From Armatimonadota bacterium (GTDB taxonomy: Bacteria > Armatimonadota > UBA5829 > DTLH01), in NCBI GenBank assembly GCA_039680575.1, contig JBDKSP010000024.1, positions 1 through 64,000 of the forward strand: 64,000 bases of DNA. Reading direction: 5' to 3'. The notes beneath the pieces were generated by a model, which saw nothing but the letters and a program-made list of their open reading frames with translations, ran no database searches and was not told the DNA's origin. Each line of letters begins with the position of its first letter. Position 1 is the first letter of the stretch. The position numbers and the translations under genes were made by a program. This document shows positions 32,245-41,369 of the stretch, piece after piece.

Positions 32245-32252
32245 TTTACGCT

Positions 32253-32328
32253 AAAAAAGCCGCGGGTTATTAAGCCCGCGGCGTGACTTCAGTAAATCAA
32301 TTTTAACCCGAGAAGCTGCCTGCGTCAA
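32253..32328 (-). promoter_or_regulatory. Promoter plus terminator-like hairpin in the ABC-F leader
   Basis: TTGACG-N17-TAAAAT, then GCCGCGGG-loop-CCCGCGGC-TTTTTT, 8 nt before ATG. Confidence 0.6.
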
Positions 32329-32375
32329 GGGTGGGGAAAGGATTGAGGATTCAGAGATGATTAGTGAAGAATCGT

Positions 32376-32439
32376 GCTACTACTCCTGTGGCCCAGTAGG
32401 TCTACTGGCTACTACTCCTGTGGCCCAGTAGGTCCACTG
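32376..32439. repeat. Tandem 32-bp duplication containing a small hairpin
   Basis: GCTACTACTCCTGTGGCCCAGTAGGTC(T/C)ACTG x2. Confidence 0.85.
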
Positions 32440-32463
32440 GGTAGGACGAACTGTGGTCCCGAA

Positions 32464-32696
32464 GATTCTATGCTTTATGTCAAGCCCGCCAGGAGCTTCT
32501 CAGCTTTAAATTCTGTCTTGTGCGTATAAACCGACCAGGCAGTTCGAGCTTATCTTGCGGGCAAGGCAAACCAACGCCTGCACCAGCGTGAGTCCCTTTG
32601 AGAGTATATGTTCGTATACTGGCTTCCAGTCTTTTGAGCTGGCTGGCCGACAGTGCTCCTACAATAAGCGCAAGACGGCGACGTGTTTCCCATTTT
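32464..32696 (-). mobile_element. IS110-family transposase C-terminal remnant (frameshifted)
   Basis: Joined frames read ALSAS..SKDWKPVYEHILSKGLTLVQALVCLARKI/ARTAWSVYTHKTEF..LT*, followed by TTGACATAAAGCATAGAATC. Confidence 0.75.
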
Positions 32697-32773
32697 GGGG
32701 CTCTATGGCACTATGAAAGGAAAGGTACAAAAATACCAGGTGTTTTTATCTTGTTCTGATTGCTGTTTCGGAT

Positions 32774-33868
32774 TCAGCTTATTGGCCTGATGTCTTCTTC
32801 TTTGGAATCAGCAACCACGATTATGTCGATGTCTTTCGTCTGCCTCATTATACGGTTGATTATCGACCCTTTTATTATCTCCTGAGTCCGGCTGCGGGCT
32901 GATTGCCCCATTACAATGACTGTTGTGCCAGATTGTTTGGCGTAATGGATTATTTCGTTGGCGACAGAGTCGCCTTCCAACTCAACCACTCTGCCTCCGA
33001 AGCTTTCAGCGAGCTTATAAGCAGTCTGCAGCTGTTCCTGTTCTCGTTTCGTCATACTGGCTCCCGAAGGCTTCACAAATACCACATCGAATGTTCCCTG
33101 CATACGTTTGGCTATCCGATAGCCACGCCGGACCAGTCTCAACGCCATTGGACGCGGCGCAATGCACACAAGAATGTGCTCACGAGCCAACTTGGCTCCT
33201 GCCTCCTTATACTCTTGGAGCTGCTCGTCCACTTCTTCGGCTGTTCTCTGGAGCGCAAGTTCTCGCAGCGCAACGATGTTGCCTTTCCTGAAGAAATTAG
33301 CAAGAGCCTGTGGTATCTTCTCTTCGTGATAAATGTCGCCCCGCCTGAGACGGTTTATAAGCGCATCTGGAGTGAGGTCGACAAGTTCTATCTCATCAGC
33401 GGTATCTACAACCCAATCAGGAACGGTTTCGCGGACACGCACGCCGGTGATCTCATAAACCACATCATTCAGGCTCTCAACATGCTGGATATTCAGTGTA
33501 GTGATGACGTGAATACCGGCATTCTGTATCTCTTTGATGCTTTGCCACCGTTTGGGATGCACTGTGCCGGGGACATTCGTATGGGCCAGTTCGTCTATCA
33601 TGACCCATTCCGGGTGGCGGGCTATCACGGCAGCCGTATCGAGTTCGTAAAAAGTAGTGCCGCGATACTCGATCTTCTTGAGTGGTATCTGTTCGAAACC
33701 TTCCATGAGTTCGGCTGTGGCGGGACGTCCGTGTGTCTCGATTAGTCCGATAACAATATCTTCTCCCCGGCTGAGCCGCCTGCGAGCTTCGGAAAGCATC
33801 TTGTAAGTCTTTCCGACGCCGGCTACCGCTCCAAGGAATATTTTGAGCCTTCCTTTTTTCTCATTCAT
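32774..33868 (-). CDS. kdpD: KdpD N-terminal sensor + USP domain (split KdpD, part 1)
   Basis: GRLKIFLGAVAGVGKT, DELAH, NIQHVESLN, USP domain; no TM or kinase domain. Confidence 0.9.
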   Translation of the reverse strand: MNEKKGRLKIFLGAVAGVGKTYKMLSEARRRLSRGEDIVIGLIETHGRPATAELMEGFEQIPLKKIEYRGTTFYELDTAAVIARHPEWVMIDELAHTNVPGTVHPKRWQSIKEIQNAGIHVITTLNIQHVESLNDVVYEITGVRVRETVPDWVVDTADEIELVDLTPDALINRLRRGDIYHEEKIPQALANFFRKGNIVALRELALQRTAEEVDEQLQEYKEAGAKLAREHILVCIAPRPMALRLVRRGYRIAKRMQGTFDVVFVKPSGASMTKREQEQLQTAYKLAESFGGRVVELEGDSVANEIIHYAKQSGTTVIVMGQSARSRTQEIIKGSIINRIMRQTKDIDIIVVADSKEEDIRPIS

Positions 33869-34449
33869 CTGGCATTTCCATTCGCTGCATCAAGTACTCT
33901 GTTTATTCGGAGCACGTTTATTCTCGGTTCACCAAGAAAACCGAAGGTGCGCCTGGTGGTGTTCCTGTCCACAATCTTTTTGACGTTATCAACAGACAAA
34001 CCCCGTGCTTTTGCTACTCTCGGAACCTGGGCATAGGCATTAGCCACGCTTATATCCGGGTCCAGTCCGCTGCCCGATGCGGTCACCATATCTGCAGGTA
34101 TTTTCCCTTTAGCGAGCCCCGGGTTTTCTCTGATTGAGGTATCAGAACGGGCTCTCACAGTGTCGGCAAGCGTTCTATTGGTTGGTCCAAGGTTCGACCC
34201 GCCGGACAGCATAGCATCATAACCTTTGCCGGCCGCAGATGGGCGTGAATGGAAGTAATCAGGACCGGTAAACGATTGTCCGATCAATTCCGAGCCGATT
34301 ACCTGGCCATCTTTCTTAACCAAACTGCCGTTTGCCTGCCGTGGAAAGACCAACTGCGCTATGCCGGTCATTAATAACGGGTAGGTCACTCCGAATACCA
34401 GCATTGTAACAAACGCCAACCGAACTGCAATAGATATATGTCTTCCCAT
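33865..34449 (-). CDS. kdpC: K+-transporting ATPase subunit C
   Basis: GSELIGQ, SRPSA, SGGSNLGP, TASGSGLDP. Confidence 0.96.
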   Translation of the reverse strand: MGRHISIAVRLAFVTMLVFGVTYPLLMTGIAQLVFPRQANGSLVKKDGQVIGSELIGQSFTGPDYFHSRPSAAGKGYDAMLSGGSNLGPTNRTLADTVRARSDTSIRENPGLAKGKIPADMVTASGSGLDPDISVANAYAQVPRVAKARGLSVDNVKKIVDRNTTRRTFGFLGEPRINVLRINRVLDAANGNAR

Positions 34450-34458
34450 CTTAACTCC

Positions 34459-36564
34459 CTAACCCGCGAGACCGAGCGCAACGAGCGCCATATCAATCAG
34501 CTTCAAACCCACGAAAGGAACAATAATCCCGCCTACACCATAGATCAGCAGGTTGCGCTGCAAGAGTATCGCTGCCCCAAGCGGGCGATATTTCACTCCG
34601 CGAAGAGCAAGAGGGATAAGCGCGACTATTATCAGCGCGTTAAAGATGATTGCCGACAGGATCGCGCTGTGCGGCGAGTGGAGCCGCATAATATTCAACT
34701 TATCCAGCACAGGGTAAGTCGACGTAAAAATCGCCGGGATAATAGCGAAATATTTCGCTACATCATTCGCAATGCTGAATGTCGTGAGCGCTCCGCGCGT
34801 CATGAGAAGCTGTTTTCCTATCTCGACGATTTCTATGAGCTTTGTCGGGTTGGAGTCGAGGTCCACCATGTTTCCGGCTTCCTTTGCCGCCATGGTTCCT
34901 GTGTTCATTGCAACACCCACGTCAGCTTGAGCGAGCGCTGGAGCATCGTTTGTGCCGTCGCCGGTCATTGCAACGAGCTTACCCTGAGATTGCTCTTTTT
35001 TGATAAGCTCCATCTTGTTTTCTGGTGTAGCCTGTGCCAGGAAATCATCAACTCCGGCTTCTTTTGAAATAGCAGCCGCGGTAAGTGGATTATCCCCGGT
35101 AATCATGACCGTGCGTATTCCCATAGCCCTGAGCTGGTCGAAGCGCTCCTTGATGCCGCCTTTCAAAATATCTTTAAGGTGGATAACCCCTACGACGTTA
35201 TTGTCTTTAGCTACAACCAGCGGTGTGCCGCCTGAATTAGCGACAGATTCGACTATAGGTCTCAGTTGCTCCGGTATGGAACCTCCCTGCTGTTCCGCCC
35301 ATGACGTGACGGCATCTGCTGCACCCTTCCTTATGCAGTAGCCGTCCAAATCGATCCCGCTCATCCTGGTTTGTGCAGTAAACTCTACAAACTCTGCATC
35401 CGGCGGAATATGTCTGTCCCTGAAACCGAACTTTTTAGCAAGCACGACTATCGACCTGCCCTCAGGGGTTTCATCACTAAAGGATGCAAGCTGCGCAATG
35501 TCGGCAACATCTCTTTCCGAATAGCCGTTCACCGGAATAAACTCTGCTGCCTGCCGGTTTCCGAGCGTTATGGTGCCTGTCTTATCGAGAAGAAGAGTAT
35601 TTACATCCCCGGCTGCTTCCACGGCTCGTCCGGACATTGCGAGCACATTGTGTTGCACGAGGCGGTCCATTCCCGCAATCCCGATGGCTGAAAGCAGGCC
35701 GCCGATGGTCGTCGGTATAAGGCATACCAACAGCGCAATTAGTACCGATATCGGAACTGCGCCGCCGGAATAGATTGCATAACATTCAAGTGTGACTGCA
35801 ACCAGCATGAAAATGATTGTCAACCCAGCAAGCAGGATGTCCAGCGCGATCTCATTCGGCGTTTTCTGACGGGCTGCACCTTCGACTAATGAGATCATCT
35901 TGTCAAGGAAGCTCTGCCCAGGCTCGGACATGACTTTTACCTTTATCTGGTCAGAAAGGACTCTTGTACCGCCGGTTACTGCGCTCCGGTCGCCGCCGCT
36001 TTCCCGGATTACCGGCGCTGATTCTCCGGTGATTGCGGACTCATCCACCGAGGCGATACCTTCCACGACTTCACCGTCGCCAGGTATGATTTCACCGGAC
36101 GAGACTACCACTATATCTCCGCGCTTTAGCTGTGTTGCCGGTATCTGCCGCACTTCACCATCTAAAAGGAGATTCGCAGTCGTCTCTGTCTTCATCTTGC
36201 GGAGTGTATCGGCCTGTGCCTTTCCTCTGCCTTCCGCCATTGCCTCAGCAAAGTTGGCAAAGATCACAGTGAACCACAACCATCCGGCAATTGCCGTAAG
36301 AAATGCCACATTGGGACCTCCACCCACTGCTTCTGCGACTGCGTAATAGGTGCTGATGATGCTGCCGATCTCGACTACGAACATGACCGGGTTGTGTATC
36401 ATCTTTCTCGGGTCGAGCTTCTTTAAGGCATCGATGGAGGCTTGAGGAATGAGCTGTGCGACTGTCGCTCTTCGTCGGTGTCTGCCTTTCGACACCTCAT
36501 GAGTCGGCATAACGACCTTCGCACCATCTTCATTGGTGCTATCTACCGGACTGCGTTCCAACAC
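34459..36564 (-). CDS. kdpB: K+-transporting ATPase subunit B
   Basis: [25 protein letters not shown]. Confidence 0.97.
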   Translation of the reverse strand: MLERSPVDSTNEDGAKVVMPTHEVSKGRHRRRATVAQLIPQASIDALKKLDPRKMIHNPVMFVVEIGSIISTYYAVAEAVGGGPNVAFLTAIAGWLWFTVIFANFAEAMAEGRGKAQADTLRKMKTETTANLLLDGEVRQIPATQLKRGDIVVVSSGEIIPGDGEVVEGIASVDESAITGESAPVIRESGGDRSAVTGGTRVLSDQIKVKVMSEPGQSFLDKMISLVEGAARQKTPNEIALDILLAGLTIIFMLVAVTLECYAIYSGGAVPISVLIALLVCLIPTTIGGLLSAIGIAGMDRLVQHNVLAMSGRAVEAAGDVNTLLLDKTGTITLGNRQAAEFIPVNGYSERDVADIAQLASFSDETPEGRSIVVLAKKFGFRDRHIPPDAEFVEFTAQTRMSGIDLDGYCIRKGAADAVTSWAEQQGGSIPEQLRPIVESVANSGGTPLVVAKDNNVVGVIHLKDILKGGIKERFDQLRAMGIRTVMITGDNPLTAAAISKEAGVDDFLAQATPENKMELIKKEQSQGKLVAMTGDGTNDAPALAQADVGVAMNTGTMAAKEAGNMVDLDSNPTKLIEIVEIGKQLLMTRGALTTFSIANDVAKYFAIIPAIFTSTYPVLDKLNIMRLHSPHSAILSAIIFNALIIVALIPLALRGVKYRPLGAAILLQRNLLIYGVGGIIVPFVGLKLIDMALVALGLAG

Positions 36565-36576
36565 TTCTTATTCTCC

Positions 36577-38298
36577 TTAAAACAGCTTCCCAGCGTGCAT
36601 CACCAGGTGCTCGACAACTGGCCCGAGTGCAAGAGCGGGAAAGAATGTGAGCGCTCCAACAATGAGTATCACACCTATCAGTAGACCAACAAATAATCCA
36701 CCTGTTGTAGGGAATGTCCCGCTCGATTGGGGCACCCGTTTCTTCTTCACAAGTGAGCCAGCGATTGCCATAACCGGCACTACGAACAGGAACCTGCCGA
36801 TCAGCATCGCGAGCCCCAGGACTGTGTTATAGAAGGGAGTATTGACGTTCAAGCCGGCAAATGCGCTTCCGTTGTTGCCTGCAGCGGAAGTCGCGGCGTA
36901 GAGTATCTCCGTAAGGCCATGCGGCCCCATATTGAGCCGTCCGATAAGGCCTGAATGCGTGACAGATGCTGCGGCACTGAACCCCAGGATGCTTGCTGCG
37001 AGCACTAGGATAGCCAGAATTGCCATCTTCATTTCTTTACCCTCGATCTTCTTTCCGAGATATTCCGGGGTCCGTCCTACCATGAGTCCGGCGATAAAAA
37101 CAGCAAGTATCGCAAACACAAGCATTCCAAGCAAGCCTGAGCCGACTCCGCCGAATATGATCTCGCCAAGAGCGATATTGAGCATGGCGATTCCGCCGCC
37201 GAGGGGGGTGTAGCTGTCAAACATCGAGTTGACTGCTCCGCAGGAAACGTCCGTAGTCGCCGTGGCGAATAGAGCCGAGCCGGAAATGCCGAAGCGCACT
37301 TCTTTACCTTCCATATTGCCGAGAGCCTGGTTCATCCCGATGCGAGATATTATCGGGTTTCCGCTCTGCTCCGCCCAATAGATGCCGCTTACGCCGGCTA
37401 TAAAAAGAACCAGCATAGCTGAAAAGAGTGCCCATCCCTGCCTCTGGTTTTCCGCAAACCGCCCAAAAGTATAAGTCAGCCCTGCAGGAATGATCAAAAG
37501 TGCCAAAACCTGCAGGAAGTTTGTAAGCGGTGTGGGGTTTTCATAAGGATGCGCGGAGTTGGCGCCGAAAAATCCGCCGCCGTTCGCGCCGAGCAGCTTG
37601 ATAGCCTCCTGGGAAGCTACAGGACCCTGAGGAATATTCTGTCTGGTGCCTTCCAATGTCATGGCGTGTACATAAGAAGACAGGTTCTGGATAACACCCT
37701 GCGACATAAGGATAAATGCAAACACTACCGACAGCGGCAGCAGCACCCAGAGACATCCCCTAATAAGATCGACCCAGAAGTTGCCGATTTCATGCATGGA
37801 TTCTCTCGTGAGCGCTCGGATGAAGGCTATCGCGATGGCCAGACCAACGCCAGCAGAGACAAAGTTTTGCCAGGTGAGCCCGATCATCTGCGTGAAGTAA
37901 GTCGCGGCGTTTTCTCCACTGTATGCCTGCCAGTTGGTATTGGTTGTAAAACTTACGGCTGTGTTGAAAGCAAGAAAAGGGCTCATTGACGGAGCATGAG
38001 CCGCATTCCAAGGGTGGAAACTCTGGAGTCGCAGTATGAGATATAGAATCAGGACACTCATCATGCTGAAAATCAGCATCGTGGATACATAAGTTGTCCA
38101 TTTCATCTCACTTCCCGGATCGATTCCGCACACTCTGTAAATTCTGTTCTCAATGGGCCTTAGCACGGGGTCAAGCAGTGTCTTTTCGCGTTTGAACACA
38201 CGGGCTATGTACGTGCCCATGGGTTTTGTAAGCGCCAAAAGGATGGCCGTAAACACCAATATTTGTGCTATTCCAATCCATATCATCTCAAGCATCAC
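36577..38298 (-). CDS. kdpA: K+-transporting ATPase subunit A
   Basis: TNTNWQ, GANGGG, GAVN, NNGSAF selectivity motifs. Confidence 0.97.
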   Translation of the reverse strand: MMLEMIWIGIAQILVFTAILLALTKPMGTYIARVFKREKTLLDPVLRPIENRIYRVCGIDPGSEMKWTTYVSTMLIFSMMSVLILYLILRLQSFHPWNAAHAPSMSPFLAFNTAVSFTTNTNWQAYSGENAATYFTQMIGLTWQNFVSAGVGLAIAIAFIRALTRESMHEIGNFWVDLIRGCLWVLLPLSVVFAFILMSQGVIQNLSSYVHAMTLEGTRQNIPQGPVASQEAIKLLGANGGGFFGANSAHPYENPTPLTNFLQVLALLIIPAGLTYTFGRFAENQRQGWALFSAMLVLFIAGVSGIYWAEQSGNPIISRIGMNQALGNMEGKEVRFGISGSALFATATTDVSCGAVNSMFDSYTPLGGGIAMLNIALGEIIFGGVGSGLLGMLVFAILAVFIAGLMVGRTPEYLGKKIEGKEMKMAILAILVLAASILGFSAAASVTHSGLIGRLNMGPHGLTEILYAATSAAGNNGSAFAGLNVNTPFYNTVLGLAMLIGRFLFVVPVMAIAGSLVKKKRVPQSSGTFPTTGGLFVGLLIGVILIVGALTFFPALALGPVVEHLVMHAGKLF

Positions 38299-38301
38299 AC
38301 G

Positions 38302-38391
38302 CTAAAGCCTTTCCGGCTGCAGAAGACAGAAAAGCAGATAGACCAGCAGTCCCGCCGAGATTACTCCGACTATAATGTAATCAATACTCAT
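38302..38391 (-). CDS. kdpF: KdpF subunit (29 aa)
   Basis: MSIDYIIVGVISAGLLVYLLFCLLQPERL; LLVYL..LL.PE signature; immediately upstream of kdpA. Confidence 0.9.
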   Translation of the reverse strand: MSIDYIIVGVISAGLLVYLLFCLLQPERL

Positions 38392-38400
38392 ACACTCTTC

Positions 38401-38484
38401 CTATAACCTCTCGGCTGCCATTACGTAGAGCAGGCTCATCCAGAAAAACACCAGTATAGTCACTATATAGGCAATATCAATCAT
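38401..38484 (-). CDS. 27-aa hydrophobic Kdp-associated peptide
   Basis: MIDIAYIVTILVFFWMSLLYVMAAERL; GGAG RBS; single TM. Confidence 0.7.
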   Translation of the reverse strand: MIDIAYIVTILVFFWMSLLYVMAAERL

Positions 38485-38674
38485 CTTTTTGCTCCATTTT
38501 ACCCTCAACAGCCAGAGACTCTTTTCCCTGCCATGCTGCTAAAGTCCCGAAACTCTCTGTGCTATACCAATAGCGCATTTGATACCATGTATATAGCTTC
38601 AAGATCACCGTAATAACCATTAGGGTTAGCAATACATATAATGTACCCATTGGATGACCTCTGAGCCAAGCCAA
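38477..38674 (-). CDS. Small single-TM hypothetical protein heading the kdp operon
   Basis: 65-aa ORF with hydrophobic helix; stop overlaps next start. Confidence 0.45.
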   Translation of the reverse strand: MAWLRGHPMGTLYVLLTLMVITVILKLYTWYQMRYWYSTESFGTLAAWQGKESLAVEGKMEQKDD

Positions 38675-38710
38675 TCGATGCTTTGCTCACCTGTAATTAG
38701 TTTACCAATG

Positions 38711-38731
38711 GGGGCGTTAACAAGTTATAAA
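38711..38731 (-). promoter_or_regulatory. Putative KdpE binding site
   Basis: TTTATAACTTGTTAACGCCCC resembles the E. coli KdpE box (TTTATA...TTTACACCCC); TGGTAAACT extended -10 downstream. Confidence 0.5.
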
Positions 38732-38773
38732 CAGAGAAAGCGGCTTTGTTAAGTTTTTGTATACCTGGTGTCT

Positions 38774-39472
38774 TTAGGACGCGGCGAAGCGGAACCCGAC
38801 ACCGGTTTCTGTGAGGATGTAGCGTGGTGAAGAAGGTCGAGGCTCTATTTTCTTGCGGAGATGGCTTATATGGACCCGAAGTGTTTGGGCATCTTCGCCG
38901 TATTCCGGTCCCCAGACTTTTTCGAGTATCATTCTGGAAGTGATTACCCGGTCAGCATTCTGGGCGAGGTACGCGAGGATATCGAACTCCATCCTGGTGA
39001 GTTCTATTTCCACACCGGAACGCTTGACCGTGCGTTTTGCTATGTCTATCTCCAGATCCCCGACATTGATGACGGGTGGGGGAGTAACGTGGGCTGCTGA
39101 TCTTCTGAGGAGAGCGCGAATCCTTGCAAGCAGCTCTGTTGTGGAGAATGGTTTTGTCAGATAATCGTCCGCTCCTATGTCGAGAGCGGCAGCTTTTTCC
39201 GTATCACTGCCTATTACCGACAGCATCAAGATCGGACCTTCATACCAGTTGCGAAGCTCGCGGCAGACTTCTACCCCCTTAAGCCCCGGCATAGCCATAT
39301 CAAGGATAATCAGATCAGGCTGGTTATCGATTGCCAGATCGATGCCCTCATCTCCGTTTGAAGCAAGGATGACATCGTATTTGCGGGCAGCAAGTATCGA
39401 CTTCAGCGCTCTTCGTATCTGTTCTTCGTCATCTATGACAAGTATTCTGGGATTTCTTTCCGGTGTGCTCAT
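38774..39472 (-). CDS. kdpE: Response regulator KdpE
   Basis: REC (IDDE, ILD, KPF) + OmpR wHTH, YILTETGVGFR; kdp context. Confidence 0.92.
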   Translation of the reverse strand: MSTPERNPRILVIDDEEQIRRALKSILAARKYDVILASNGDEGIDLAIDNQPDLIILDMAMPGLKGVEVCRELRNWYEGPILMLSVIGSDTEKAAALDIGADDYLTKPFSTTELLARIRALLRRSAAHVTPPPVINVGDLEIDIAKRTVKRSGVEIELTRMEFDILAYLAQNADRVITSRMILEKVWGPEYGEDAQTLRVHISHLRKKIEPRPSSPRYILTETGVGFRFAAS

Positions 39473-41052
39473 TATGACTCAGGAGCCTCCTCGATCGGAA
39501 GAGAGACTGCAAATCGCGCTCCGTGGGGGACGACATCCTCTACCCATACCCTTCCGCCATGGAACTCTACTATTTCTCGAGTTACCGCAAGCCCAAGGCC
39601 GGTGCCGGATGCATAGCGTGATGAGGACTCACCCCGGTAGAATTTTTCGAATATCTTCCCTCGCTCATCCGGTGGGATTCCGGGACCCTGGTCCTCGACC
39701 CATATTCTGATCGCGTTCTCATCAACTGAAGCACTCATCAGAACAGGACTGTCTTTAGGGCTGTATGTGAGCGCATTCGTGAGCAGGTTCTCAACAGCTC
39801 TGGACATCTGCGTAAAGTCCACGCAGATCATGGGGAGAGAATCCGGCAATGAGACATGAATCCTCGGCTTCTGCTTCTGCGGCACTTTGGATACCGCAGC
39901 CCACAGCACATCCGTCAGTTCAAACCACTCTTTCTTCGGCTCCCAGGCTGCAGATTCCAGACGGGAAAGATCGAGAAGTGCATTAATACTTGCTGTAAGC
40001 CGGTCCAGATCGTTCTGCAGGCTTGCCAACTCCGGCTGGATCGTCTCAGCATTCCACTCGATGTCTTCAGCGGCAAGATTGCTTACCGTCGCAGTGATGG
40101 AAGCTATAGGCGTTTTGAGCTCATGTGAAACGGAGGACACCAAAGTGGATTTCAATCGATCAGCTTCCCTGAGAGCATCAGCCTGGACAGCAGCCGATTG
40201 CAGCAGTTTCCTCTCAAGAAACGCCGCCGTCTGATTGGCTGCAGCCACCAATGGCCGGACATCACTTATGATATAGGCTCGTCCATCTGGGCGAGGTCCG
40301 ATGTAGAGGATGCCTTCCTGCCTTTCAGCAGTCTGAAGCGGAATGAATAGATCAGTCCGACCACTCTCAGCACCAGCTTGTGTGTGATCCACCGATATCG
40401 GCCAGCCGGATGCAGCCGGATCAGAACGTCTTTCTATCCGTGGTAATCCGATCGCTTTCGACTGCGCATAAGCCCACTCGGCTATTCGCATTACCGACGG
40501 ATCGAGTTGACGATCATCTCCCGCAACGGACATCATCTCATAGAGCTTCTTTTCCCGGTCTGCCAGAAATAGAGCCCCACAGCATGCCCCAGTGAGCTGC
40601 ATTACTTCATTCATAAGAAGTTCGGCAATATCCGAAATAGAAGCATCCGACACAAGACGTGCGCTGAACTGGTTCATCATAGCCATTTCGAGACTTCTCG
40701 CAAGAGCTTCAGCCTCACGGTCACGCAATCTCCCTGTCTGCATGCCCATAACCGTCGCAACTATCAGAAAAACAAGGAGCGAGAGCCAATCCTTAGGATC
40801 ATGGACCCAAAATGTGCCGTAAGGAGGCAGGAAAAAGAAGTTCCAACAGAGAAATGACAGCACAGCGGCAAGGATAGCAGGCCTTACCCCACTCATCCCG
40901 GCTACGAGTCCTACGATGAGCAGGTACAGGAGCGCCCATTGCCCTTTCGCAAACTCAGTTCGCCCGGGGATGAATGCTGCCGTTACGATTGCCACACACG
41001 CAACCGCAAAGACATAGCCATGATGTTTTATAAAAGACTGGATAGTCCTCAT
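39472..41052 (-). CDS. kdpD: KdpD TM/GAF/histidine kinase half (split KdpD, part 2)
   Basis: Four TMs (NFFFLPPYGTF), GAF, SHELKTP, DQGPG, GTGLGL. Confidence 0.88.
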   Translation of the reverse strand: MRTIQSFIKHHGYVFAVACVAIVTAAFIPGRTEFAKGQWALLYLLIVGLVAGMSGVRPAILAAVLSFLCWNFFFLPPYGTFWVHDPKDWLSLLVFLIVATVMGMQTGRLRDREAEALARSLEMAMMNQFSARLVSDASISDIAELLMNEVMQLTGACCGALFLADREKKLYEMMSVAGDDRQLDPSVMRIAEWAYAQSKAIGLPRIERRSDPAASGWPISVDHTQAGAESGRTDLFIPLQTAERQEGILYIGPRPDGRAYIISDVRPLVAAANQTAAFLERKLLQSAAVQADALREADRLKSTLVSSVSHELKTPIASITATVSNLAAEDIEWNAETIQPELASLQNDLDRLTASINALLDLSRLESAAWEPKKEWFELTDVLWAAVSKVPQKQKPRIHVSLPDSLPMICVDFTQMSRAVENLLTNALTYSPKDSPVLMSASVDENAIRIWVEDQGPGIPPDERGKIFEKFYRGESSSRYASGTGLGLAVTREIVEFHGGRVWVEDVVPHGARFAVSLPIEEAPES

Positions 41053-41307
41053 TTTACTACTACCAGAGTTACTCAAGACATAATAGCTATGTATCCAAAA
41101 TCTGACAAGTGGCATCTGCTGCTTACAGCTTAGCCGAATGCGATGGTTTTGTCATTATGTGTACATAGCATTGACTGGTTGATCATATTAGCAAACTTGG
41201 GGCAGAATAGATTTAGCAAACCGGATACGAACGGACTATATGAGGAGGCGAAGGAAATTTAAAACCAACCCGATATGCTGAAAAAGCCTGATTTGAGCTT
41301 AAATACT

Positions 41308-41341
41308 GAAGCCCTCTTCCTGTTTAGAAAGAGGGCTTTTG
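41308..41341. terminator. Terminator hairpin
   Basis: AAGCCCTCTT-loop-AAGAGGGCTTTT. Confidence 0.6.
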
Positions 41342-41369
41342 CAAATAGACAACACTACCAATCGGAATA

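Noticed and set aside
32376..32439. Possible CRISPR array
   Set aside because: Only two abutting units, no spacers, no cas genes.
41053..41300. c-di-AMP (ydaO) riboswitch before kdp genes
   Set aside because: Conserved ydaO motifs not seen.
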